Made by a program: the position numbers and the translations under genes | Notes under the pieces: generated by a model | What the model was told of the DNA's origin: nothing | Seen by the model: the letters and a program-made list of their open reading frames with translations, nothing else | Database searches by the model: none | Shown here: one piece after another, positions 48,325 through 57,759 of the stretch | How the letters are laid out: every line of letters begins with the position of its first letter | How positions within the stretch are numbered: the stretch's first letter is position 1 | Assembly (NCBI GenBank): GCA_963720755.1 | Contig: CAVRGP010000006.1 | Span: forward strand, 128,001-192,000 | Direction of reading: 5' to 3' | Source: an uncultured Chloroflexia bacterium | Lineage (GTDB): Bacteria > Chloroflexota > Limnocylindria > Limnocylindrales > CSP1-4 | Length of the DNA stretch: 64,000 nucleotides

Positions 48325-49956
48325 TCAGTCCCCCTGGGCGATCATCGACAGGATGACGTCGACGTCGCCAGTTCCCATCACGCCCTGGTATCTCGCCCGG
48401 ACGATCCCGTTCCCATCGACGACGAAGATCCACGGCATCGACACCGGCGACCATGGCGCCTGGCCGATCCCCCACGCGGCCGCGATGTCGGTCAAGGTCG
48501 GCGCTTCGATGCTTCCCTCCAGGACGGCCGTGTCGGCGACCACCGCATAGCGGAACGGCTCGAGGTGGATGAACGCCACGTCCTGCCATCGGTCGAGCAG
48601 GTAGCGGGCCATGACGATCGCCCGTCCGCAGGCCTGGGTCGTCTGGAAGCGAGCCGAATCGATGACCAGGACGAACGGCTGGTGGGCGGCGAGGGCATCG
48701 GCGGTCGATCGCCTCGACAGGCGGAGATCCGGGGCGGGGTCCGTCGTGACCGCCCTGGCGACGCCGCCGACATCGTCGAGCGTGGGCGTTCGTGCGGATG
48801 GCGCAGGATCGCCGAGCCTCGCGGTCGCGCCGGGATCGCGGGCAACCAGGGCTGCCGAGCCGACCGCGCTCCCGCCTCCGCGCGGAAGCGAGACGTCGAT
48901 GTGCCAGTCGCCGGGCGTGGGGATGTTCACGGTCGCGACATACGACACCGAGTCGACGCCGGGTGGCCGGACCGGGATGGCGTTCACGGGTCCGCCCGCG
49001 GGTTGGCCGTCCGGCGAGACGAGCTGCACGTCGGGCCGCACCGTCGGGTCGTCCACGGCGACACCGTCGATCGACATGGCCAGGATCAGCGGCGTCCGCC
49101 CGCCCGCCCAGACGGACGACGAGGTCACCTCGACATCGAGCCGGGTCGTCGGCCCGGCCGTCGCGGGATCCACCGAAGTTCCGGTCGTCGCCGGTTCGAT
49201 CGGCGTCGGGGCCGCGGCCCGCTCGGGGGTCGCGACGACCGACCGGAGCACCGCCGCCATCGCGTCGGACGAGGTCCCGAACGGGAAATGCGCCCGAAGC
49301 ATCCCGCCGGCATCGACCAGGTAGACATCGGCGGTGTGCGACATCGAATAGGCGCCTGGGATGTCGGTCTCGACCCGGGCATAGCGAACGTCCCAGGCGT
49401 CTGCGGTCGCCCGGATCGTGGCACTGGCGCCGGTCACGGCGGTGAAGCCCGCCGGTAGGAACCGGACGTACTCCTTCAGCCAGGTCGTCGTATCGCGCTC
49501 AGGGTCGACGCTGACGAAGACCGCCCGCACTGCAGCGCCCACGTCCTCCATCACCAGGCCGACCGTGCCGACCGTTGCCGGGCAGACGTCGGGACAGTGG
49601 GTATACCCGAAGAAGACGAGGGTCGGATGACCCTGGAGCGACCCGAGCGAGAACGGCTGCGCGTCCGGATCCGTCAGCTCGATCGGCGGAGCGGCTCGCG
49701 GCGTCGGATACAGGAACGAGGCGAGATCGGTCGCCGAGGCTGGGGACGAACCGGTCTGCGACCCGGCCGGCGCGATCACCGCGGGCGCGGCGCCGTCCGC
49801 CCGTCCGGGCTGGCCGGGCAGCATCGCCCCGGCCAGCGCGCTCGCGATGACGAGAACGCCGAGGACTGCCGACATGATCACGACGAGCCAGAAGCCGCCG
49901 TCGAGGATCCGCGTGGCGTCAGTCGGGCGTTGCGAGGCCGCCGGCCGCTGTGCCAC
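48325..49956 (-). CDS. SCO1/SenC protein fused to Ig-like and thioredoxin-like domains
   Basis: FFGYTHCPDVC, SVDPERD, YSMSH; C-terminal FVLV..C..FIHLEP..WG..PWIFVVD. Confidence 0.85.
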   Translation of the reverse strand: MAQRPAASQRPTDATRILDGGFWLVVIMSAVLGVLVIASALAGAMLPGQPGRADGAAPAVIAPAGSQTGSSPASATDLASFLYPTPRAAPPIELTDPDAQPFSLGSLQGHPTLVFFGYTHCPDVCPATVGTVGLVMEDVGAAVRAVFVSVDPERDTTTWLKEYVRFLPAGFTAVTGASATIRATADAWDVRYARVETDIPGAYSMSHTADVYLVDAGGMLRAHFPFGTSSDAMAAVLRSVVATPERAAAPTPIEPATTGTSVDPATAGPTTRLDVEVTSSSVWAGGRTPLILAMSIDGVAVDDPTVRPDVQLVSPDGQPAGGPVNAIPVRPPGVDSVSYVATVNIPTPGDWHIDVSLPRGGGSAVGSAALVARDPGATARLGDPAPSARTPTLDDVGGVARAVTTDPAPDLRLSRRSTADALAAHQPFVLVIDSARFQTTQACGRAIVMARYLLDRWQDVAFIHLEPFRYAVVADTAVLEGSIEAPTLTDIAAAWGIGQAPWSPVSMPWIFVVDGNGIVRARYQGVMGTGDVDVILSMIAQGD

Positions 49957-49957
49957 G

Positions 49958-50419
49958 TCAGGCCTGCCGGATCTCCGCGGTGACGACGACCGTGCCACCG
50001 TGCTCGAACACGAGGTCGAGCTCGATCGTCTGGCCCACGGTGAGCTCGCCGGCAAGGTCGGTCAGCATGAGATGGAAGCTGCCGGGCTTGAACTCGACCG
50101 ATCCTCCGGCGGGGATCTCCACCCTGGCCACCGGGTGCATCCCGGTCATCCCCGCGTCATCGGTCGATGTCTCGTGGACCTCGACGACCGCTGCGGCCGG
50201 GCTCGACGCGGACAGCAGGGCGTCCGCGGTCGGCGACGAGTTGGTGATCGTGAAGTAGGCGGCACTCTGGCCGTCGGCGCCGGCGGCCCGCGCCCAGGCG
50301 CTGGCGACCGATGGCGCGGCGACCGGCGAGCCGCCGCTCGAGCCGCATCCGGCGAGGACCGATGCGATCGCGACGAGGATGACCGCCAGGGCAACCGGCC
50401 CGATGGCGCGACGATGCAA
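49958..50419 (-). CDS. PCu(A)C copper chaperone lipoprotein
   Basis: Lipobox LAGC; AWARA..AAY..EVHET..M.GM..PGSFHLML. Confidence 0.92.
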   Translation of the reverse strand: MHRRAIGPVALAVILVAIASVLAGCGSSGGSPVAAPSVASAWARAAGADGQSAAYFTITNSSPTADALLSASSPAAAVVEVHETSTDDAGMTGMHPVARVEIPAGGSVEFKPGSFHLMLTDLAGELTVGQTIELDLVFEHGGTVVVTAEIRQA

Positions 50420-50534
50420 GGATGACCCCTTCCGCAGGTTCAATTCGACTCGACCGTAGCCGGGTCGGGCTGGGCTGCGACAGGTCCGATCGGCCCTTGC
50501 CGACCGGGCCGACCGGCCGCCTGGCGGGCCACCG

Positions 50535-51509
50535 CTATCGGGCGGCGCGAACCTCCGCGATGACTGCCGGCAGGACGGCGTGCAGGTCGCCGATGACCGC
50601 GTAGGTCGCTCGCGTGACCATCGGCGCGTCACGGTCCGTGTTGATGGCGAGGATCGCCTTGGCGGAGCGACAGCCGACGATGTGCTGGATGGCCCCACTG
50701 ATCCCGCAGGCGATGTACAGGTCGGGGGCGATCCGGGTCCCGGTCTGCCCGACCTGCTGGGCGTGGGGTCGCCAGCCGGCGGATGTGACCACCCGTGAGA
50801 CCCCCACCGTGCCACCGAGGAGCGCCGCCAGCTCGTCGAGCTGGGCGAACCCCTCCGCGCTGCCGACGCCGCGCCCACCCCCGACGACGACACGGGCATC
50901 GGCGAGCGAGATCTTGCCGGGCTCGGGCGGAACGTGCGACGACACCCGAACCCGGAAATCGCGATCGGTCAGTTCCGGAACGAACGGGGTGACTGTGGCG
51001 TTCGCCGCACCGGCATCGGCCGACGACGGCTCCACCGCGTGCGGTGCGACCGTGAGCAGGCGGACCGGGCCGTCAAGCCGCGCCTCCTCGAGCAGGCTGC
51101 CGGCCCATCGTTGCCGGGTGACGAGCCATGGATCTCCGGGCCGGATATCGGTGCAACCGACCGCGAGGGACCGTCCGGTTCGCGCGGCGGCGTGGGCCAT
51201 GATCTCGGCCGACCGATCGCTCCCGGTCCCGATCACCGCGGCCGGACGGTCACGCTCGATGAGCTGGGCGATGGCCTTGCCGGTCGCCTCGGGAGCGTGG
51301 TCGGACAGGCGCGGATCATCGATGGTGTGCAGGACGGCGACGCCGTGTTCGCCGAGGGTCTTGGCCTCGACGCCCGCGGCGTCGGGGCCCCAGATGACGG
51401 CGTGAAGCGGTTCGCCGGTCTCCCCGGCCAGCGAGCGGCCGAGGGCGAGGGCCTCGGCTGAGAGCCGGTCCGGGACGGCGGCATCGAATTCGACGAGAAC
51501 GAGGATCAT
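50535..51509 (-). CDS. etfA: Electron transfer flavoprotein alpha subunit
   Basis: VVGGGRG, QVGQTG, GISGAIQH, AINTD. Confidence 0.93.
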   Translation of the reverse strand: MILVLVEFDAAVPDRLSAEALALGRSLAGETGEPLHAVIWGPDAAGVEAKTLGEHGVAVLHTIDDPRLSDHAPEATGKAIAQLIERDRPAAVIGTGSDRSAEIMAHAAARTGRSLAVGCTDIRPGDPWLVTRQRWAGSLLEEARLDGPVRLLTVAPHAVEPSSADAGAANATVTPFVPELTDRDFRVRVSSHVPPEPGKISLADARVVVGGGRGVGSAEGFAQLDELAALLGGTVGVSRVVTSAGWRPHAQQVGQTGTRIAPDLYIACGISGAIQHIVGCRSAKAILAINTDRDAPMVTRATYAVIGDLHAVLPAVIAEVRAAR

Positions 51510-52276
51510 GCGATCAGCCCCAGGCGCCGGAGCACCTCGACCACGCGAGGCGCCGCCTCAGGGCCTTCGCCCAGGATCTCGACGGCGCTCTCCTGCTCGA
51601 CCGGGACGCGCAGGCGGATCATCACCGGGGTGGTGGCCTCGCGGACCGGTTCGATCCGCTCGATCTCCTTCTTGCGAGCCCGCAGCCGGCCCGGGACAGA
51701 TGGATAGCGGGGCAGGTTGATCCCTTCGCGCACGCTCACGATCGTCGGCCGGGGCACGTCGTAGACCTCCCAGCCACCGGCGGCCGCCTCGCGACGAGCG
51801 ACGATGGCATCGGGCCGGATCTCCAGGCTCTTCGCCCCGGTGACGATCGGCCGGTCGAGCGCGACTGCGACCCGAACGCCGACCTGGTAGTCGCCGGTAT
51901 CGGCCGCCTCGTTGCCGAACAGGATCAGGTCGAACGGCCCATCGACCGCTTCGCGTGCCCGGATCGCATCGACGATCGCTGCGGCGGTATCGCTCGGCGA
52001 CCACTCGGAGCCGTCGGTCACGAGGTGGATCGCCCGCTCGATCCCGACCGCCATCGCCTCGCGCAGCTGGTCGGCCAATTCCTCCGGCCCGAGGGTCAGG
52101 ACCGTGCTCGACGCACCATCCGCCTCGACGATCCTGACCGCTTCCTCGACCGCGCACTCTTCGTGTGGACTCACGGTGAAGCCGAGGAACCGCGTATCGA
52201 TCGCCTGGTCGTCGGCGGTGAGGGTGATCCGGCCGGCCGTCGCCGGGACGCGCTTGATGCAGACGAGGATATTCAC
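51506..52276 (-). CDS. etfB: Electron transfer flavoprotein beta subunit
   Basis: ILVCIKRVP, AVEEA, G..AAD..QVG, INLPRYPS. Confidence 0.93.
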   Translation of the reverse strand: MNILVCIKRVPATAGRITLTADDQAIDTRFLGFTVSPHEECAVEEAVRIVEADGASSTVLTLGPEELADQLREAMAVGIERAIHLVTDGSEWSPSDTAAAIVDAIRAREAVDGPFDLILFGNEAADTGDYQVGVRVAVALDRPIVTGAKSLEIRPDAIVARREAAAGGWEVYDVPRPTIVSVREGINLPRYPSVPGRLRARKKEIERIEPVREATTPVMIRLRVPVEQESAVEILGEGPEAAPRVVEVLRRLGLIA

Positions 52277-52277
52277 G

Positions 52278-54794
52278 TCAGGCCCGGATCCTGGCGTTCT
52301 CCGGGTCGAACAGCGGCGTCGACCCGACCACAGCCACCGTCACCGGATAGCGCTCCCCGAAGTACTCGACGAGGAGCTTGGTGCCGACGACCGCGTACTC
52401 CGGCGGCAGGTATGACAGGAGGAGGTGCTTCCCGACCGACGGCCCCGATCCGGCGCTGGTCACGAACGACCGGCGCCCCTTCGCGTCGGTGATCGGACCG
52501 CCGTCCGGGGTGAGGATCGGTTCACGCCCGAGCATGTACCGCTTGACCCCACTGGACGAGGTGTTGTCGTCGACGGTCAGGGTGCACAGCGTCGCCACCG
52601 GCGGGCGCGAGCGCTGCTCGAGATACGCGTCGCGCCCGATGAAGTCGGCCTCCTTGACCTTGGGCCGGAGCATATCCGCCTCGACCAGGTCGAAGCCGAG
52701 TTCGAGCTCCGCGCCGTGGGCGCGATAGCCCTTCTCGAGCCGGCCGGTCGTGCCGTAGACGCCGATCCCGAAGGGCACGATGCCGTGGGCCTGGCCGGCC
52801 TCCCAGAGCGTGTCCCACAGCCGGGCACCCTGCTCCATCGGTGCGTACAGCTCCCAGCCGAGCTCTCCGACGTACGAGATCCGTGACGCCAGGACGCGGA
52901 TCCCGCCGAGCTCGATCGTCCGGCAGGTGCCGAACGGGAAGCCCGCGTTCGAGACGTCGGCCGAGGTGACCGAAGCGACCACATCGCGGGCTCGCGGGCC
53001 CCAGATCCCGGCCGTACACCAGGTCGACGTCGCATCGTAGAGCTGGGCCGAGCCGTCCGCCGGCAGGTGGTCGCGGAACCATTTGCGGTCGCCCATCCCG
53101 TGCGCGCCGCCGGTCACGACCCGGAAGTGGTCGCGGCCGAGTCGCATGATCGTCAGGTCCGACTTGATCCCGCCTGCCTCGTTGAGGAGAGGCGTGTACA
53201 CGACCCGGCCCACCGCGACGTCCATCTGGGCGACCGCCATGCTCTGCACGTGGGCGAGCGCTCCCGGCCCGGTGATGTCGAAGATCGTGAACGCGGTCAG
53301 GTCGACCATCCCGACCCGGTCTCGCATCGCGAGGTGCTCGGCGTTGATGATCGGCGACCACCAGCGCGATTCCCATTCCGCCGTGCGGGGCATGACCCGG
53401 TCGCCGTACTCGGCCAGCAGCGGCTCATTGGACGCGTACCACATCGGCCGCTCCCAGCCGGCCGTCTCGAAGAAGACCGCATCGAGTTCCCGTTCCCGGG
53501 CGTTGAACGGGCTCAGCCGGACGTCCCGGTTGCTGGCCCACTGCTCGGACGGATGGACGATCCCATAGGTCTTGTTGAACCCCTCGGCGGAGCGCGCCCG
53601 AACGTGAGCACGGGCCGTCTGGTGTTCGTGGAACCGGGCGATGTCGGAGCCATGGGGATCGATCTCGGGCTTCCCGTGGGTCATCCACTCGGCGACCATC
53701 CGGGCGATCCCGGGGGCCTCCTTGATCCACACCGCGGCTGCCGTCCAGAGGCCCTTGACCTCAGGCGTCTCGCCGAGGATCGGCATCCCGTCCGGGGTCA
53801 ACGACAGCAGCCCGTTGATCGAGTAGCGGATCCCGACCCGCTCGTCGCCAAGGACATCGGGGACCAGCTCAAGGGCCTGCTCCATCTGGAGCTCGAAGTC
53901 CTCCTGGGTGAACGGCAATTCGGTCGGAGACAGCTTCGACTCGGCGATCGACGGGATGTCGTCCGGGTCCATCAGGATCGCCCGGTGGGCATACGAGCCG
54001 ACCTCGAGGTCGCCGCCATGCTGGCGTTCGTACATGTTCGTGTCCATGTCGCGAACGATCGGGTACTCGATCTCGCCGACCGTGGTGTCGAACAGGGGCA
54101 CGGGCCCGACGCTGATCATCTGGTGGACCGCGGGTGTCAGCGGGATCGCCGCACCGGCCATCGCCGCGATGCGAGGGCTCCAGATGCCGGCCGCGATGAC
54201 GACGATGTCCGCCTCGAAGTCACCGCGATCGGTGCGCACCCGCGTGACCCGGCCGTCCTCGACATCGATCCCGACGACCTCGGTCACCGGCGAGAGGGTC
54301 AGAGCACCGAGCGCCTGGGCCCGCTCCCGCATGATCGTCCCGGCACGAAGCGAATCCACGACGCCGATGCTGGGCGTCGAGAACCCGCCGAGGATGATCG
54401 ACTCGTCGATATACGGGACCATCGACTTGACCTGGGCCGGGGTGACGAGCTCGGAATCGATCCCCCACGACCGCGACGAGGCCATCCGGCGCTTGAGCTC
54501 TTCCATCCGTTCCGGCGTCCGGGCGACCTCGATGCCGCCACTCTCCGTGAAGACACCCATCTCCTTGTACTGTTCGACGCTGTCCAGGGTGAGCTCGGTC
54601 ATCTCACGCGAATGGTCCGTCGGGAAGATGAAGTTGGAGGCATGGCCGGTCGAGCCACCCGGGTTCGGGAGTGGCCCCTTTTCGATCTGGGTGATGTGCT
54701 TCCAACCGAGCCTGGCAAGGTGGTAGACGAGACTGTTACCGACGATCCCGGCGCCGATCACGACGACCCGCGCGGCTCCTGGTTGGACACTCAA
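52278..54794 (-). CDS. FAD-dependent GcvT-family oxidoreductase (dimethylglycine/sarcosine dehydrogenase-like)
   Basis: VVIGAGIVG, GGSTGHA, TPDG.P, GWERP, SYVGELGWE, RLEKGY; GAGGAGG RBS before TTG 54794. Confidence 0.92.
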   Translation of the reverse strand: MSVQPGAARVVVIGAGIVGNSLVYHLARLGWKHITQIEKGPLPNPGGSTGHASNFIFPTDHSREMTELTLDSVEQYKEMGVFTESGGIEVARTPERMEELKRRMASSRSWGIDSELVTPAQVKSMVPYIDESIILGGFSTPSIGVVDSLRAGTIMRERAQALGALTLSPVTEVVGIDVEDGRVTRVRTDRGDFEADIVVIAAGIWSPRIAAMAGAAIPLTPAVHQMISVGPVPLFDTTVGEIEYPIVRDMDTNMYERQHGGDLEVGSYAHRAILMDPDDIPSIAESKLSPTELPFTQEDFELQMEQALELVPDVLGDERVGIRYSINGLLSLTPDGMPILGETPEVKGLWTAAAVWIKEAPGIARMVAEWMTHGKPEIDPHGSDIARFHEHQTARAHVRARSAEGFNKTYGIVHPSEQWASNRDVRLSPFNARERELDAVFFETAGWERPMWYASNEPLLAEYGDRVMPRTAEWESRWWSPIINAEHLAMRDRVGMVDLTAFTIFDITGPGALAHVQSMAVAQMDVAVGRVVYTPLLNEAGGIKSDLTIMRLGRDHFRVVTGGAHGMGDRKWFRDHLPADGSAQLYDATSTWCTAGIWGPRARDVVASVTSADVSNAGFPFGTCRTIELGGIRVLASRISYVGELGWELYAPMEQGARLWDTLWEAGQAHGIVPFGIGVYGTTGRLEKGYRAHGAELELGFDLVEADMLRPKVKEADFIGRDAYLEQRSRPPVATLCTLTVDDNTSSSGVKRYMLGREPILTPDGGPITDAKGRRSFVTSAGSGPSVGKHLLLSYLPPEYAVVGTKLLVEYFGERYPVTVAVVGSTPLFDPENARIRA

Positions 54795-54915
54795 GGTGGA
54801 CCTCCTCGGACCATGCCACGCTCGAGCGGACCCGCTCGCTGGTGGCGACGACATTGGGTCGCCATTCTACGGCGGAGGCAGACGCCGGATGCGAGCGTTC
54901 CGGCGTCGGGCGGCG

Positions 54916-56442
54916 TCAGTAGCGCTGGCGGAAGGTCACCGGCTCGGCCCGCCAGGTGGTGGTGGTCCCGACGAAACGGACCTGGAGCGTGTACTTGCCG
55001 GCGGGGAGGCTCGCGGCGTACCCGAGCCGGACGACCACGTGGTGCCCGGCCACGACGGCTGGGTAGAGGATCTCGTCCGGCCAGCGACCGCGCCGGACGA
55101 GCCGGCCCTTGGCGTCCCGGATCGCCCAGCGGAACGAGCCGCGTTCCGGCACCGTCCCGGTGACCTTCGCACCGACGTGGACCTTCGCATAGACCGAACC
55201 GGAAACCTTGTGGACGTAGACGATGTTGCCGTGGAGCCCGAGGGCATGGACCGGCGCGTAGAACTTCTGGCGGAGGACGTCATACAGCTGGCCGTAGCCG
55301 CGGTCATTCTCGATCGTCCACACACCGACTCCGGCCAGACCGGTCGCGATCGCGTAGTCGTACTTGGCGGAGAGGCTTCGCTCCTCCTCGAAGTAGACCT
55401 GCCGGTAGGTCGAGTGGGTCTTGTCCCAGTAGGTGTAGAAGCCGCTGCCTTCGAGGGCGTCGTACTGGCGGACGACCTTGGGATGGGTGGCCAGGAAGTC
55501 GCGTGCGCTGGCGTACGTGACCGACCGGACCGGGCCGTATTTCGTGTTGTTGGTCCGGACCTCGGCGTTGGGCGCCGTGCTCTTGACCGGCCAGTCGTAG
55601 CCGTAATACGGGACGCCCAACAGGAGCGACGATGCGGGCGCCCACTGCAGGGCTCGAGCGACGTGGATCTTGACGTTCCGCTCGGCGTGATCGAGCGGTG
55701 CGATCGCCCCGGTGACCGTCGAGCCGCTCCAGCGGTAGTTGTAGGTCATCAGCACCTGGTGGTCCACGTACGGGACGAGGCCGCCGATGATCTTCTTGTT
55801 CGCCCCGGCGGAGGTCGCGTTCGTCAGCGTCGAGTCCGGGAAGCGGGCGAGCATGGCGGCCCGGAACCGGGCGACGAAGGCGACGTACGCGGCAGCCCGG
55901 TCGTTGACGGCCTTGTTCGGTTCGAAGTCCAGCCCGGCACCGTCGGCCTGGCGGCTGGCCATGAGGTCCAGCGCTTCGGTGATGAACCGATCCTGGGCCG
56001 CCGTACTGCCGAGGAACGTCGTCATCTTCGGCGCACCATCCTTGGTGTCGAACAGCTGGAACGTCGCGACCGCGCGCACGCCGTGGGCGTGGGCCGCATC
56101 GGTGACCGCCGCGGCATCGTCGCTGACGTAGTCCTTGTAGCCGATCCAGTCGGTATCGATCGCGCCCGACTTCTTGATGCCGAGACCGAAGAACGCGATC
56201 GTCGAGACGAGGTCGTACTGGATGCTGGCCGCCGTGTCGGCATCCAGCCGCCAGTAGGGCAGATAGGCGAAGACCTCGTGGGTGAGCGGCTGGATGCCGG
56301 TGATCCGAGGCTGGATCGCGGTCGCCGCCGAAACCACGGGGACCGTCCCGACCTGGCCGCCGGCCGGCAGGACGGCCACGGTGAGGAGCAGGGCGACGAC
56401 GACGGTGATGGGTCCACGGGGGCGGCGCATGGGGATGTGCAC
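54916..56442 (-). CDS. Secreted GH18 glycoside hydrolase
   Basis: Signal peptide; DGAGLDFE, MTYNY, LGVPYYGYDW, GVGVW. Confidence 0.85.
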   Translation of the reverse strand: MHIPMRRPRGPITVVVALLLTVAVLPAGGQVGTVPVVSAATAIQPRITGIQPLTHEVFAYLPYWRLDADTAASIQYDLVSTIAFFGLGIKKSGAIDTDWIGYKDYVSDDAAAVTDAAHAHGVRAVATFQLFDTKDGAPKMTTFLGSTAAQDRFITEALDLMASRQADGAGLDFEPNKAVNDRAAAYVAFVARFRAAMLARFPDSTLTNATSAGANKKIIGGLVPYVDHQVLMTYNYRWSGSTVTGAIAPLDHAERNVKIHVARALQWAPASSLLLGVPYYGYDWPVKSTAPNAEVRTNNTKYGPVRSVTYASARDFLATHPKVVRQYDALEGSGFYTYWDKTHSTYRQVYFEEERSLSAKYDYAIATGLAGVGVWTIENDRGYGQLYDVLRQKFYAPVHALGLHGNIVYVHKVSGSVYAKVHVGAKVTGTVPERGSFRWAIRDAKGRLVRRGRWPDEILYPAVVAGHHVVVRLGYAASLPAGKYTLQVRFVGTTTTWRAEPVTFRQRY

Positions 56443-56529
56443 CGCCTCATTGAACCGCGTCGGACCCGGTCGCGTCGAGCGTACGTTGGTCCCCGGACCG
56501 GGTCGGACCCTTGGCCAGGCGCCGGGAGA

Positions 56530-57417
56530 CTATCCGCCGGTCGGGGTTTCTCCCTCGTTCGCCGCAGCCAGGTACCCACGGAACGAGTCGGCCAGCTGGG
56601 TCATCTCGAGCGGGATGATGTACTTGGTCGACGGACTCGCCCCCAGCGCCTTGAACGTTTCCAGGTATTGGAGGGCCATCGTCTTCTGGTCGACCTGTGA
56701 GGCGGCTGTATAGATCCGCTCGAGTGCGAGCGAGAAGCCCTCAGCCCGCAGGATCGCCGCCTGGCGATCGCCCTCGGCCCGGAGGATCTCGGCCTGCTTG
56801 GTGCCCTCCGCGACGTTGATCGCGGACTGGCGGGCGCCCTCGGATTCGGTGATGACGGCGCGTCGCGTCCGTTCCGCGGACAGCTGCCGGTTCATCGCGT
56901 CCTGGACCGCTGCCGGCGGGGTGATCTCGCGGATCTCGACGGTCGTGACCTTGCCACCCCAGCGCGCGGTCACCTCGTCCATCTTGACTCGGAGGACCTC
57001 GTTGATCTGCTCCCGCTTGGAGAGCACGTCGTCGAGGAGGATGTCGCCGATCACCGCTCGGAGCGTCGTGGTCGCGATGTTCTGGAGCGCACCGTTGAAG
57101 TCCTGGACCTCGACGACGCTTCGGTACGGATCGGCGATCCGCCAGTAGATCAGGAAGTCGATGCTGATCGGGGCGTTGTCCTTGGTGATGTTCGTCTGGC
57201 TCGGCACCTCGATGAACTGCTCGCGAAGGTCCACCCGGATGCCGCGCTGGACGACCGGCACCACGAACACCCAGCCCGGACCTTTCACCTCGTTCGGACT
57301 CGTCCGCCCGAGCGTGAAGATGAGCAACCGCTCGTACTGGTTGACGATCTTGATGGCCGCCAGGAAGAGGACGACACCGACGACGACGAGGAACAGGACC
57401 GCGACAAGGATCTGCAT
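56530..57417 (-). CDS. SPFH/band 7 (stomatin-like) protein
   Basis: N-terminal TM; ITKDNA, TTLRAVIG, WG.KV..VEI, AERTRRA..EG. Confidence 0.93.
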   Translation of the reverse strand: MQILVAVLFLVVVGVVLFLAAIKIVNQYERLLIFTLGRTSPNEVKGPGWVFVVPVVQRGIRVDLREQFIEVPSQTNITKDNAPISIDFLIYWRIADPYRSVVEVQDFNGALQNIATTTLRAVIGDILLDDVLSKREQINEVLRVKMDEVTARWGGKVTTVEIREITPPAAVQDAMNRQLSAERTRRAVITESEGARQSAINVAEGTKQAEILRAEGDRQAAILRAEGFSLALERIYTAASQVDQKTMALQYLETFKALGASPSTKYIIPLEMTQLADSFRGYLAAANEGETPTGG

Positions 57418-57426
57418 GGCTCGATG

Positions 57427-57759
57427 CTACTCCTGCTTGGGGTGCGTTCCGGGCTCGACATCGACCCTGAGTGTCAGTCCTTCCTGGCCCACGACGCGGA
57501 CAGTGGTCCCGGGTTCGATCCGCCCTCCCCCACGGGACGTGGCCGTCCACTGCTCACCGACGACGAGCACGACGCCCGAGGGGTCGAGGGCGGTCTTGGC
57601 GACCCCGGTCGCCCCGATCGGCACGGAACTCGTGCCTCCGGCTCCGAACGCGTCCTCGTTCGCACCACGCCGGCGCATCAACGCGCGGACGACCCCGATG
57701 ACGACGAGGATGACCACGACGGCCACGATCGCGGTGGGGAAGATCTGATCAGTGGTCAC
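57427..57759 (-). CDS. Short NfeD-like protein (TM plus OB fold)
   Basis: IGATGVAKTALDPSGVV..GEQWTA..VRVV..GLTLRV; GGAGG before GTG. Confidence 0.85.
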   Translation of the reverse strand: MTTDQIFPTAIVAVVVILVVIGVVRALMRRRGANEDAFGAGGTSSVPIGATGVAKTALDPSGVVLVVGEQWTATSRGGGRIEPGTTVRVVGQEGLTLRVDVEPGTHPKQE

